Origin: Eledone cirrhosa
Taxonomy: Eukaryota
Direction of reading: 5' to 3'
NCBI GenBank assembly: GCA_964016885.1
Contig: OZ024740.1
Coordinates: 266,352,001 to 266,416,000 of the forward strand
DNA: 64,000 nucleotides
The position numbers and the translations under genes are program-made. The notes beneath the pieces were generated by a model that worked only from the letters and a program-made list of their open reading frames with translations, ran no database searches and was not told the origin of the DNA. This document shows, piece by piece, positions 1-15,830 of this stretch (its first letter is position 1; every line of letters begins with the position of its first letter).

Positions 1-1336
1 ACAATATAATAAAGTAGAATAGATAATCCCCGGTTAATTTACAGAAACAATATAGATGTCACAATGAAATACAATGATAAAATGTTAACATTATATTAAC
101 AAGTACCATAAACAATATATACAAATTGATTCATACTGGGTTACATAATAAATGAGGAAATATAAATCATATAATACTCAAAAAAACTATAATGGTACAG
201 GGAAAAATTGTGATGTTACAGAAAAAATATGATGTTACAGAAAAAAATATACAGACATCTAACATGATATGTAAAGTCTAAATATCATAATGTTACATAT
301 TACAATATTAAAAAAATCCAGACATCTTACATAATATATAAAGTTTAAATATCATAATGTTATATATAATGAACGGTAAGTAATAAGGATCTATATCATA
401 ATGTAATATATTTTAAAATTGGCATAAAATATATAAATACTTATAATTACAAGGTTAGTAGACAGACATGTGTGGATGAGTGAGCGAAGCTAGACAGTGA
501 ATAGTAAATAGAATATAGAATAAAACAAATAAATACAATCAACCGGCAATTACAAAACAAAAGCAAATGTATACACATTTAGGCCTCGCGTGCATTAAGA
601 AATTAGGTAAACACCAAGGAAAGCGATCATTTTAAATGACTCCAAACCCTATCTGATAAATTAATATTAAAAATATCGAACCCGTCCAATAAGGTAGTAT
701 AATATTAGCTGTAGTTTAAGTCATTAAAGTATATAAACTTTAATGTATCATTACAAATGTTTACAAAAAGGAATAAAATTACACTATCATATACGCAACG
801 ATATCTAAAAAACTGACTTAAGTAGAGTTAAGGTAGGCTAATGGGGACAGAATTGACAAAATATATGGAGGGTGCGAAGTGGCATAAAACATATTCGATA
901 TACTTTAATAAATAATAGAACGGAGCATAAAAGAGGGGGGGTTAAATATAATCATATACAATCTGGAGGGGTTGACAATAAGTTTATGTGTGCATGGGGG
1001 GAAGGGGGGAGGGGGGAGAAAGGGGGGGTTCGATAGATAAATCAGAATAGACTTAGAAATAAAAATAGAATTAAAAATAAAAATAAAAATAATATTAAAA
1101 TTAAAATTAAAGTTAATAATAATAAAAAAATATAAAGATAATAATAGAATAACGTAAGTGGCGTAAAGTGTGTAATCTTATGTATACTAACAAGGTGTAA
1201 TAGTGAAGACATAGATATGGTACAGTGGCCAAATGATTATGAGAGCTAGAATGAAGAGTCATCAAAAACCAATGATAACATTAATGTTGGCAAACAAAAG
1301 AACCCAAACAAAAAACTAAGTAATGGAATATATCTG

Positions 1337-4031
1337 CTAATGGGTACAATTTGTACTACTAGAACATTTGGGTTTATAATAAAAATAAGAATTAGAAATG
1401 GCATGGGGGCAAGAAGAGAATATCTCAGACTTTCTATTCAGTAAGGGTACGCTAGAGAAAATAATAGAGTGTGTCTCAAGTATACAGAGATTACAAAACT
1501 TACTATGTGCAGAAAGGTGGTTAGATCGTGCTACTAAACTCCAGTTAAGGCTATATGGTATATAAGCTCCCTTAAGATCCCAGATATAATGCGCTAGAGA
1601 GGTAGAATTCTTAAACCTAACATGTTTGAAGTTAGAGATATGAGAGTTAAACCTAGTCTTAAAAGTGTTTGAAGTAGATCCTATATACGTTCTTTTAGAG
1701 GAATTAGTTATAACCTCGCAAGCATAGACAGTGTTCTTAGAAAGGCAGTTAACGTTTAGAGGGCAGTTAGCACTCACTCTACAATTGCACTTCCGGGTGT
1801 TATTGGTTGGCTCGAGTGGTGATGTATTGCACATAGGACCTCTATTAGATAAGGACTGTTCTGGTGGTAAAGCATTGTCCGATGCATTCAGACTAGTAGT
1901 ATGTAGAGAGGAGAATCCATCCCTAATTTTCCTATTATTAGTGCTAGCTAAATGAGAACTAATATTAGGGGTGGTAGAGAATGAGAGTTTAATAACATTT
2001 TTATTAAAAATACCATGGTATTTGTGAGAAGGGGGGAAATTTTTCTCCAAGATAGTGAAGAAAGACCTAGGGATATTAGTTGATACATCCTGATTATATG
2101 GCGGGTTGAAATAAGTATTCAATCGCCTTCTATTTTTATTTATATTCTTATCGACCCTACCTCTATCAAATGTCCCACCGTCGAGACTAGGGTTACTATC
2201 GGGAATAGTTGAAGCCACATTCATAGAATCAGCCATAATTTCGTTATGCCTATTATAGTTTCTACCTCTGGTAGATCCGCTGTTGTCCAGAATCCCTACA
2301 AGAGGATTAAGGCCAATGATAGGATCAGTATGAGCAACATTACTAGAATAAGATCCAGCCAAACCAACACCAATGCGTGAGCGCACAGGGGGCTCGACTT
2401 GTCTCTTAGAGGTATTATATTTGTTATTACGAGTCCGGTGGGATAACTTATGGGTGGGTTCAGATACTCCTATATAAGTTCTACGGTTACTATGTTTGCT
2501 ACTCCCATTCATGGCCATGTTATGTGATATAATGTTATTATTATTAAGAGTAAGCGGAGACTTTCTAAAGTTACTATTATTATAATTTATTTTACTAGAG
2601 TGACCTGAATTTGCTAGGGCATTATTGTAGTACTCCGCATGTTCATTAAAAGTTCCTATGTCCTTAGATAGTGTGGAAATCCTATTAGAAACGCCCTTAA
2701 TTATAGAGTTTATCATAGACTTAGGGTGGTTAGAATTGGGGCTAACATAAGAAAGAATTTCATTAGGCTTATGGAAGGGTTTAAAACTATTAGTGGCCAA
2801 GTCCAAAGTCACATCTAAAAAGTTAACCGCTCTATCATTTCTATCTATCGTGATTGAAAGGTTGTAGCTTTTAAAAAACTTATAAAGCTTCTTCTTATTA
2901 CGTTCCACATTGTTGGTACTAGAGTTAATTACAAACAATGCATCATCACGATATAGTCCGCCTACAAGGTGCGGGAAGGTAGCGTATAGTTCATTAAGGA
3001 GGAACAACCCAACAAGATCAGTAACCTGGGCCGAATCACTCGAACCCATTGTAACGTCGAAATTATTGGGCGTGTTTTTACGGGTCCAAAAAGTGTCCTC
3101 AAATTTAATAATAGTTTTACGGGCTGCTAGTATAATATCTACCTGCGATCGTGTAAGGCTGGACACTCTCATGGCCAACATTAAGGCTTTATTGAGGAGG
3201 ATGGGTGAAATTGATGTGTAGTAGGCATCAATATCGAATTGGATAAACTTATTAGATTCAAGTCTATTAATCCCAGAGAACCAATCTATAACTTCCCTAG
3301 TGTTCCCCCATAAGTTAAAATTAACCTTATCCCTAACATCTGGTATAATAAGGTCAAGGATTTTTTTACTGATAATGGCTATATCCGACTTAGAAGGACA
3401 GATAAGTCTAACTGAGGGGTTACTAATAAAATCAACCTTATGGTCCTTAAGTGTGAATCTCGGTTCTCGAGGGTAATATGGCTGGGTATACTTATCGAGT
3501 CCGAGGTCAGAGACTATTCTAAGGCCCTCACTATTGATGTGGTTCAAATTTTCAAGCGTAGTTTTTTTTATAGTTTCTATATAACTCTTTATAAATAAAA
3601 TCGCGGTATGTACTATAGTCCATGGAGTATAGATTCTTAGTCTTATCTGCCGGGACCAGAATGGACTTATTCTCACCGAAACCCTTAACAGTATTTTTAA
3701 GTCTGGACTGGAATTTATCAAAATTACTATTGTTTCTATGTCTATTATTTGGCCTAAACCTAACATTTTTGACCAGAGAGAGTAAGTCACCTTCGAAACT
3801 ATCTAATAGTATGTTGTGTGGTGGGCTCTTATAAGTTTTGAAGCCGTAATTATTAAAATTTGTTCTATTCCTGGGGTCCTTCTTATTCTTATTACTATCG
3901 TAGTGAAACGCACGCCATCTAATCCTTTTTACAAAGGAGTTAACACTAGCTATCAGTAGTTTTTGGTAAGTATTCTTAGAGGGGGTGGGAATATTTTTCA
4001 GAGATAAAGGCAAGTAACTCTTTGTCAGCAT
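1337..4031 (-). pseudogene. PLE reverse transcriptase + GIY-YIG endonuclease (Naiad-like), one frameshift at the A8 run 3562-3569
   Basis: N-terminal SLKNIPTPS..FVKRIRWRA..ADKTKNLY. RT motifs FIQFDIDAYYTSI, FDVTMGSSDSAQV, GLYRDD, VNFLDV. YFNPPY. CNCRVSANCPLNVNCL..VY..YIGST..FKTR. ORFs 3552-4031 and 1337-3790 join as RNYKK-TTLENLN. Confidence 0.9.
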
Positions 4032-4254
4032 ACTGTCAAATAAAAATATATAGAGGCCAAAATACCAGTATATATGTGAGTAAGCTCAACCTATCGGGAG
4101 CAGTTACAAGGATTAGAATACTGGAGCGTGTTTGAGTCAAACACCCTCTTCGTATTATAGAAATGACAGTAAAAGGTATAGCTCAATGCAGTTAAACAGA
4201 GCCAAAAAATTAAGAGAGTAAAACAAAGAATCCTTTAATACATCAAAAGTTTTT

Positions 4255-4299
4255 ATTAGCCGACAATGTTTCGTCCTATTAAGGACTCATCAGGGCAAT
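4255..4299 (-). ncRNA. Minimal type I hammerhead ribozyme
   Basis: Minus strand reads attgcc CTGATGA gtcc-ttaata-ggac GAAA c-att-GTC ggctaat. Predicted cleavage between 4262 and 4261. Confidence 0.88.
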
Positions 4300-4634
4300 C
4301 AAAACAACAAGAGGTAATATCGGCAGATACAAGCCAGAAACTCTGAAGAATATGGAGTGTACATACACTAATGTCTTACAAAGTTATACGATAATAAAAA
4401 TGAAAATAAAGATAAAAATAATAAAAATATATAATAACTAAGGATGTAGATAACATTAAGAACCATATTACAAATATAGTCCAAAGCCACCAACCTAAAT
4501 CTAAACAAATTTGGTTATATAGAGCAGGAATTATATATAACACAATATAATACATTATTATAATAATATATTTATACCAACATTAAAATTCCAAATTAAA
4601 AATCAAAAGGTACAATATATACATGTATATATGT

Positions 4635-4671
<37 letters not shown>

Positions 4672-4859
4672 ACAATACATATATCTATGTTCTATTACAC
4701 AGAAATTAAGCCCTATTAGAAGTTTGAATATTAAAAATAAGCATGGTAATAGTGAAAATAATACTAATACATCTACCCAATATACATGAGGCAATAATAT
4801 GATATAATTACAAGAAACACATATAACAAATAATAAACAACAAAATTATATAATTCAAT

Positions 4860-5219
4860 ACAATATAATAAAGTAGAATAGATAATCCCCGGTTAATTTA
4901 CAGAAACAATATAGATGTCACAATGAAATACAATGATAAAATGTTAACATTATGTTAACAAGTACCATAAACAATATATACAAATTGATTCATACTGGGT
5001 TACATAATAAATGAGGAAATATAAATCATATAATACTCAAAAAAACTATAATGGTACAGGGAAAAATTGTGATGTTACAGAAAAAAATGATGTTACAGAA
5101 AAAAATATACAGACATCTAACATGATATGTAAAGTCTAAATATCATAATGTTACATATTACAATATTAAAAAAATCCAGACATCTTACATGATATATAAA
5201 GTTTAAATATCATTATGTT
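4860..5219. repeat. Direct repeat of window bases 1-360 (pLTR duplication)
   Basis: acaatataataaagtagaatagataatcccc... matches position 1 onward with few differences. Confidence 0.95.
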
Positions 5220-6181
5220 TATTTAGGGCCCTTCTAAATAGCCTACAAATTTAGAAGGGCCCTAAATAAACATAATCTCAATATTAAGATAGTAGAAAGA
5301 CCAGGTACCTCCGTAAAAGCACTTATTAGCAAGACATACCCGTTCCAAAGACCCTCATGTATAGATAAGAAATGTATAACCTGTAAAATAAGCCCCCATA
5401 TTAACTGTAAAACTAGAAATGTAGTGTATAGCATAAGATGTACTGAAGGACAATGTAGAAACAAAAATATAGTGTACATAGGTGAGACAGCTCGTAGTAT
5501 AGGGGAACGAATAAATGAACACTGGCGAGACCTCCAAGATAATAAAGAATCATCTGTGCTCTACCAACATGCTAAGATAGAACACAGGGGTAGATTAGAG
5601 AACATAGAAATAAAAATAGAATCCACACACAGAAAAGACGCAATGTTTAGGCAAATTACAGAGGCAGTAAGCATAAAAGAATTAAAACCAAAATTAAATA
5701 GAAAATATGAGTGGAACAGCAACATCACAACTTACAATTAAGGACAAATGAAAACACACACAGGACAAAATGAAAACACACACACACATAGAACAAACAA
5801 CCAACCAACAATAAATAAATAAATAAATAAATAAATAAACAAATAGATAAATGAACACAAACACACACAGACACCCGGATGTGGCGCATGCGCAAACTGA
5901 GCACACAACACACACACAGAAACAAAATGGCGTAGGATAGAAGAAAGGAAAGGCACAGAAACAAAGAAAGGAATCCCCAGTCACTGAAGAGGTCACAGAA
6001 TGTGTGACGAAAGGACTATGACTATATATAAACAACTATCTGGTTGTGGAACCAACCAACCAACCAGAAATTTATAAGTTTGTAAATTTGTAAATTTATA
6101 AATTTATAAATATATAATAAATTGAAGTGAAAGCAACTGGTGCGTGTGTTTCTTATTGGCAACATGACCCTCCCAAAGTAT

Positions 6182-6188
<7 letters not shown>
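5212..6188 (+). mobile_element. 5'-truncated PLE (Neptune-like Cys linker + GIY-YIG at about 5248-5741, then 3' UTR) ending in (TA)n
   Basis: Reads KIVERPGTSVK..CIDKKCITC..NCKTRNVVYSIRC..YIGETARSIGERINEH..EAVSIKELKPKLNRK. A 28-bp inverted repeat marks the 5' junction. Confidence 0.85.
5979..6023 (+). ncRNA. Minimal type I hammerhead ribozyme
   Basis: agtca CTGAAGA g gtcaca-gaatg-tgtgac GAAA g-ga-CTA tgact. Confidence 0.8.
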
Positions 6189-6270
<82 letters not shown>

Positions 6271-6357
6271 AATATATATTTATATTTATATATAAATATA
6301 TATATATATAAATATATATTTATATTTATATATAAATATATATATATATATTTATCA

Positions 6358-6484
6358 CCCACTGATGAATTATAGGAGCCCACTTGAATATATATCTATT
6401 GATGGTATACAAGCTCCTACATAAAATGGTATAATTTCACCCTAATTGTAGGAATCCTATAATGAAACGAGACGTCCGTCTGGG
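6358..6484 (+). ncRNA. Type I hammerhead with extended stem II, in a ~310 bp non-coding element (6352-6662) inserted in (TA)n
   Basis: ccca CTGATGA attatagg [~79 nt] cctataat GAAA cg-agacgtc-c GTC tggg. Confidence 0.8.
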
Positions 6485-6660
6485 AAGAGATATATTCGAT
6501 ATGTCTCATATGAAATAATACAGCCAATTTTCCACGCAATACTTTTAGTTAGCACCCCGAACGCATAATTAGGAATATAATCACTTATTTCCTAATGTTT
6601 GTTGAGTGAGTTGGAATTTGGCCGGAGTATCGCTAAAAAGCTTTCTCCAATATTGTATTC

Positions 6661-10247
<3,587 letters not shown>

Positions 10248-10266
10248 ACTTTAATATATATATATA

Positions 10267-10532
10267 TATTGATGGTATACAAGCTCCTACATAAACTGGT
10301 ATAATTTCACCCAAATTGTAGGAGTCCTATAATGAAACGAGACGTCCGTCTGGGAAGAGATATATTCGATATGTCTCATATGAAATAATACAGCCAATTT
10401 TCCACGCAATACTTTTAGTTAGCACCCCGAACGCATAATTAGGAATATAATCACTTATTTCCTAATGTTTGTTGAGTGAGTTGGAATTTGGCCGGGGTAT
10501 CGGTAAAAAGCTTTCTCCAATATTGTATTTAT
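10267..10532 (+). repeat. Second, 5'-truncated copy of the 6352-6662 element (3' half of the hammerhead only)
   Basis: Near-identical to 6397-6662. Confidence 0.93.
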
Positions 10533-10537
10533 ATATA

Positions 10538-10573
<36 letters not shown>

Positions 10574-10658
10574 AAAGTTATATTTAAAATTGTTGGGTTA
10601 CAACTAGTAAATATTTATAACTGGTATAAAAGCACTCGACAAATATTTGGAGTATATT

Positions 10659-11056
10659 TACAATATTAAATAAATGGAAAACTATATTTATAAAACCATA
10701 TTTATTTCATTATATATATTTCGGGGATATCATATTAACAATATGCTATGCCTTCATCAAACAAAATACAATATAAACAGTTTTATAGACAAATAGGTTC
10801 GACATACCGTTATAACACCGACTTCATTTGAAGAGGTTTACTCTGGCTGTGTAAACCTGTGTAAACAGCCAGAGTAAACCTCTTCAAATGAAGTCGGTGT
10901 TATAACAGTATGTCGAACCTATTTGTCTATAAAACTGTTTATATTGTATTTTGTTTGATGAAGGCATAGCATATTGTTAATATGATATCCCCGAAATATA
11001 TATAATGAAATAAATATGGTTTTATAAATATAGTTTTCCATTTATTTAATATTGTA
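10659..11056. repeat. Fold-back palindrome, 192-bp arms, 14-nt spacer
   Basis: 10659-10850 is the reverse complement of 10865-11056; I saw one mismatch. Confidence 0.93.
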
Positions 11057-11109
11057 TATATATATATATAATTCCTAACAGAGTTACATATATATAATTA
11101 TATATATAT

Positions 11110-11271
11110 AACAAAGGAATTGTGGTAAGGAACCAGATGGACCATAACGCACCAGAGTACTCAATACTTAGGGTAGTAGAGTGGGAAATAGGAAAAAGTA
11201 TGACCCCGACGGCAGAGCTCAAGCCGTTTCGACGGCTTGAGCTCTGCCGTCGGGGTCATACTTTTTCCTAT
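11110..11271 (-). mobile_element. Short tail element with a half hammerhead and a 40-bp-arm palindrome (11188-11271)
   Basis: Minus strand reads gtc GAAA cggc-ttgagctct-gccGTC gggg. A homologue lies at 25298-25475. Confidence 0.75.
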
Positions 11272-11293
11272 ATATATATATATATATATATAT

Positions 11294-11706
11294 ATAAGTA
11301 TGTACACGTACATACATATATGTATACAGACGTACAGTAGTATGTATATATATATACATACATGCACACATATATATATGTACGTATGGATTCACCGAAC
11401 ATTTATTATAATGCTCGGTGTGTTTGTAAACAAACATCCCGTATTTGTCAGTGTTGAACAAACGAGCAACGATGGTTGCTAGACACTACGGCTTAATACG
11501 GGATATTTGTTTACAAACACACCGAGCATTATAATAAATGTTCGGTGAATCCATACGTACATATATATATGTGTGTGCATGTATGTATATATATATACAT
11601 GCTACTGTACGTCTGTATACATATATGTATGTACGTGTACATACTTATATTTAAGTAACAGCCGTACTAAGAGTGGGAAATGAAATTTCGTTTCATTTTT
11701 TCCGTT

Positions 11707-11707
<1 letters not shown>
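11294..11707 (+). mobile_element. Diverged relative of the 46340-47475 retrozyme-like unit, 5'-truncated, with an inverted duplication (11294-11445 vs 11495-11650)
   Basis: Shares tgtcagtgttgaacaaa, tttgtttacaaac, catgctactgtacgtctgtatacat and ctaagagtg-gaaatgaaatttcgttt with 47175-47466. Confidence 0.85.
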
Positions 11708-11763
<56 letters not shown>

Positions 11764-11938
11764 GCTTTACGCGTTTCACTTGTCCCAATAACTTATTTTA
11801 GTTATTGCTCGCACCAACGTGAGGTATATGATTTTTAATGCGATGAAATACCAATGATCGTTGGCAAATCACTGATGAAGGACTAATTTTATAATATGTA
11901 ATCCATGTGCAACCATGCAGTATTCTTCTCCCCATATT

Positions 11939-12001
<63 letters not shown>

Positions 12002-12122
12002 GTGGAGTATCCGTTTTAAATACAGCATCAAATACTTTGAGAAGAGTATATTTTTAAAAAAAGAGAGACAATATATACTAAACTGTAAACTAAAACTAAA
12101 TAGAGGGTAAACATCTACATGG

Positions 12123-12170
<48 letters not shown>

Positions 12171-12234
12171 GGATCATTATCAGTGTTTTTTTTGTTTCAA
12201 TACTGTACTACAGACTATGTACAGAGATTTTTTC

Positions 12235-12490
12235 AGCTAGAAATCATATTGCCTTAATAATGATTTCTAGTATAGGCACAAGGCCAGTAATTTGGGAAGG
12301 GGGTAATTCGATTAAATCGACCCCAGTACGTTACTTGTGCTTTATTTTATCGACCCAATGAGGATGAAAGGATATTGCCCTAATAATGGTTTCTAAGAGA
12401 CCTGCAAACGGGTTTTGAACTCAGAAGAAAACGAAAATGACTAAATACCACAATTCGTTTTGTTTAGCGTTCTACCATTTCTACCACTTG
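12235..12490 (-). mobile_element. Diverged tandem pieces of tRNA SINE family 2
   Basis: Contains tttattttatcgacccaatgaggatgaaagg, tttgaactcag and aggcacaaggccag; matches 45050-45236. Confidence 0.7.
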
Positions 12491-12559
12491 TCTTTTTATC
12501 ACAATTCTAATACTGAAAATGGTCTAAAAGTCTATTTCGAGTTCAGAGGCTCATCATGC

Positions 12560-12762
12560 GATTGCTTATCCCGGTTTCTATGACGTTAATTTACTGAGAG
12601 AACAAGACTTCCCCGTGGTCAGTACGCCAGTCCATTGTGGGTTAAACCCTCAGTTGAGTATACTGGAGCAACGCAAAATCAACACAACACACAACCCAGT
12701 CTAGGAATCGAACCTACGACATTATAACCGTAAGCTGAACACACATACAACTAGGCCACTTG
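12560..12762 (-). mobile_element. Diverged tRNA-derived SINE (family 1-like)
   Basis: Minus strand TGGCCTAGTTG ... GGTTCGATTCC. Confidence 0.6.
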
Positions 12763-13589
12763 CCTCCACACTGAGAACGGTGGTAATTTCTTAACAAGGC
12801 TGACATAGACTGCTAACAGTGAAAGGAGTTAATAATTCTAAAGAAAGACACTGGTTATAACTCTTAAATTGTTGGGAGGCATTTGTATTATAACTAATGT
12901 ATGAAGCATAACTTAACAAAGTTCCAATCCAATCCAAACCAGGGCTTTCTCAATCCTGTTGAAGTAACACCTCTCTGGTTGAACACCGCCGCGTTCTGTT
13001 TGGTTTCAGTCATTTCTTCAGTGGTGTAGCTGTACTCAACACATTTGGCCAATTGCGGGCTTGTGCGGCTATTTAACCCATAGTTAAGGTGGATGGCCGT
13101 TGACTCTGAGAAGTTCATCCACTCTTGTTTTTTTTCTGCTGCTGGGGATCCACTAACCCTCCCCACCAGACCCTAGACTGGTTGGGGAGCCGGTTTAGTC
13201 ATTGACCACCCCACCATAAAACAGGTTGTACTGAGTTACATGGTACCAGTAACAGGCAGAAGTTTCATAAAATTATGATGAAGTGATGAAAGGATGTAAT
13301 GTTTCTCGAATTACATAGTTTAGTAGGTCTTTTCTTTTTTTACGTTGGTAGTGTGTGACTCGTGGAAAGTATGGTGGTTATATCTAGTAGATTCAGTGAC
13401 TACATAGAAGCTCCTTTCGCGGCTCGATGTTACATTATAAGATAGAGCAAACAGAAGAATCATTTGCGCTCAAATTGAGACACCAAACCATCAACTGCGC
13501 CGAAGAATGATCTTACAGTACTTTACATCACTAATGATCTTGGAGAAAAGCTTGAATATCACAATTTCACATATTTCATCTTTTCTTCC

Positions 13590-13702
13590 ACTTGGGTGAA
13601 CTGATGCAACGTGAAATAAAGTGTTTTGCTCAAGGACACAACGCACCGCCAGGAATCGAACTCATGACCTTACGCTCGTGAGCCAAACACCCTAACAGCT
13701 AA
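13590..13702 (-). mobile_element. tRNA-derived SINE (family 1)
   Basis: gcaacgtgaaataaagtgttttgctcaaggacacaacgc..aggaatcgaactca matches 9534-9600. Confidence 0.78.
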
Positions 13703-13853
13703 TATTTGGAGAAAAAGACGGGATGGCCACGGCTGGAATACTTTTAAGCATAGACTTGCTTGATAAGAATTAACCTAGAGCTATACATCGATAATGTATT
13801 TGTACATATATGAGTGCGGGTTTGAGTGTGAGTGTGTGTGTGTGTGTGAAAGA

Positions 13854-13897
<44 letters not shown>

Positions 13898-14057
13898 GTG
13901 TGTGTGTATGTGTATGAATATGTGTGCGTGTTTGTGTGCGTGTGTGTGTGTGTTTGCGTGTGTTTGTGTGTGCGTGTGTGTGTTTCTTACATTGTTCAGA
14001 TTTCATGCTTGTCTGAGAAATCCCTTTTTGCTGTTACCATTATTAAAAGACCTCTGA

Positions 14058-14672
14058 GGACGGTGGATTGGGAGTATCGGTAGAGCGTCAGACACTATGC
14101 CTCGTAGCATTGAGTTACGTCCATTTAAGTTAGCTTTAGGTTTTCCCCTCCCCTCAAACATTGTTGGACTTGTGCCTAAATCAGAAACCATTATTAGGGC
14201 AATATCCTTTCATTAAATCGATGCCGCCCCCTCCCAAATTACTGGCCTTGTGTTTATACTAGAAATCATTATTAGGGCATGGATTGGCAGTATCGGTAGA
14301 GGGTCTGACGCTATGCTTTGCAGAAAAGAGTTACGCCCCTTTATGGTTTGAGTTCAAATCCCGCCGAGGTTAACTTTGCCTTTCATCCTTACGGGGTCGA
14401 TAAAATAAAGTACCAGTAATGCACTGGATAATTGCTGGCCTTGTGCCTAAAGTAGAAATCATTATTAGGGCAATATCGGTAGATACAAAATGATTTGTGA
14501 CATATAGTTACGGCCTTATACTTTCTCAGTTCAATTCCCACCAAGGTCAGCCTTGCCTTTCGTTCTTACAGGGTCGATGAAATAAAACACCAGCAACGCA
14601 CAGGGGTCGATTTACTCAGTATTCCCTCTTCACTTCAAGTTGCTGGCCTTGTGCTGAAAGTAAAAATAATTA
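14058..14672 (+). mobile_element. Head-to-tail cluster of about four family 2 SINE copies or fragments
   Basis: Repeated heads (ggtggattgg-agtatcggtagag), B box gagttcaaatcc, core gcctttcatccttacggggtcgataaaataaagtacc, and tails ggccttgtgcctaaagtagaaatcattatt. Confidence 0.8.
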
Positions 14673-14839
14673 TTGTTGTTGGCGTTGCTGTTGTTGATGT
14701 TAATATTATTATTATAATTATTACTTTTTCCTTTTAAATCTTGTTTCGGGGTATTTTTCTTCCTTTCATTCTGTATTTTATATTACTCCTCACTTCGCGT
14801 GATGTTCTAATAACTGGCTCAAAATCATAAAAAAAAAGA

Positions 14840-15830
<991 letters not shown>

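Larger units (their letters stand above)
1..5219 (-). mobile_element. Penelope-like retroelement, Naiad-type, partial-tandem (pLTR-ORF-pLTR) structure; the 3' copy runs off the window start
   Basis: RT plus GIY-YIG ORF at 1337-4031. Bases 1-360 are repeated almost exactly at 4860-5219. A hammerhead lies upstream of the ORF on the same strand. Confidence 0.9.

Noticed and set aside
3555-3572. Programmed -1 frameshift at A AAA AAC
   Set aside because: Joining the ORFs needs a +1 shift, so a homopolymer indel is the simpler explanation.
1337-4031. Selenocysteine recoding reported for some Naiads
   Set aside because: I found no in-frame TGA at Cys positions in the three Naiad ORFs, and I did not identify a SECIS.
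11762-11935. CTGATGA at ~11872 and minus-strand GAAACGCGTA at ~11770 as hammerheads
   Set aside because: Each lacks its partner half on the same strand; at most these are fragments.
12890-13260. Possible RTE 5' UTR remnant
   Set aside because: The resemblance is from memory only, with no adjacent ORF or second copy to support it.
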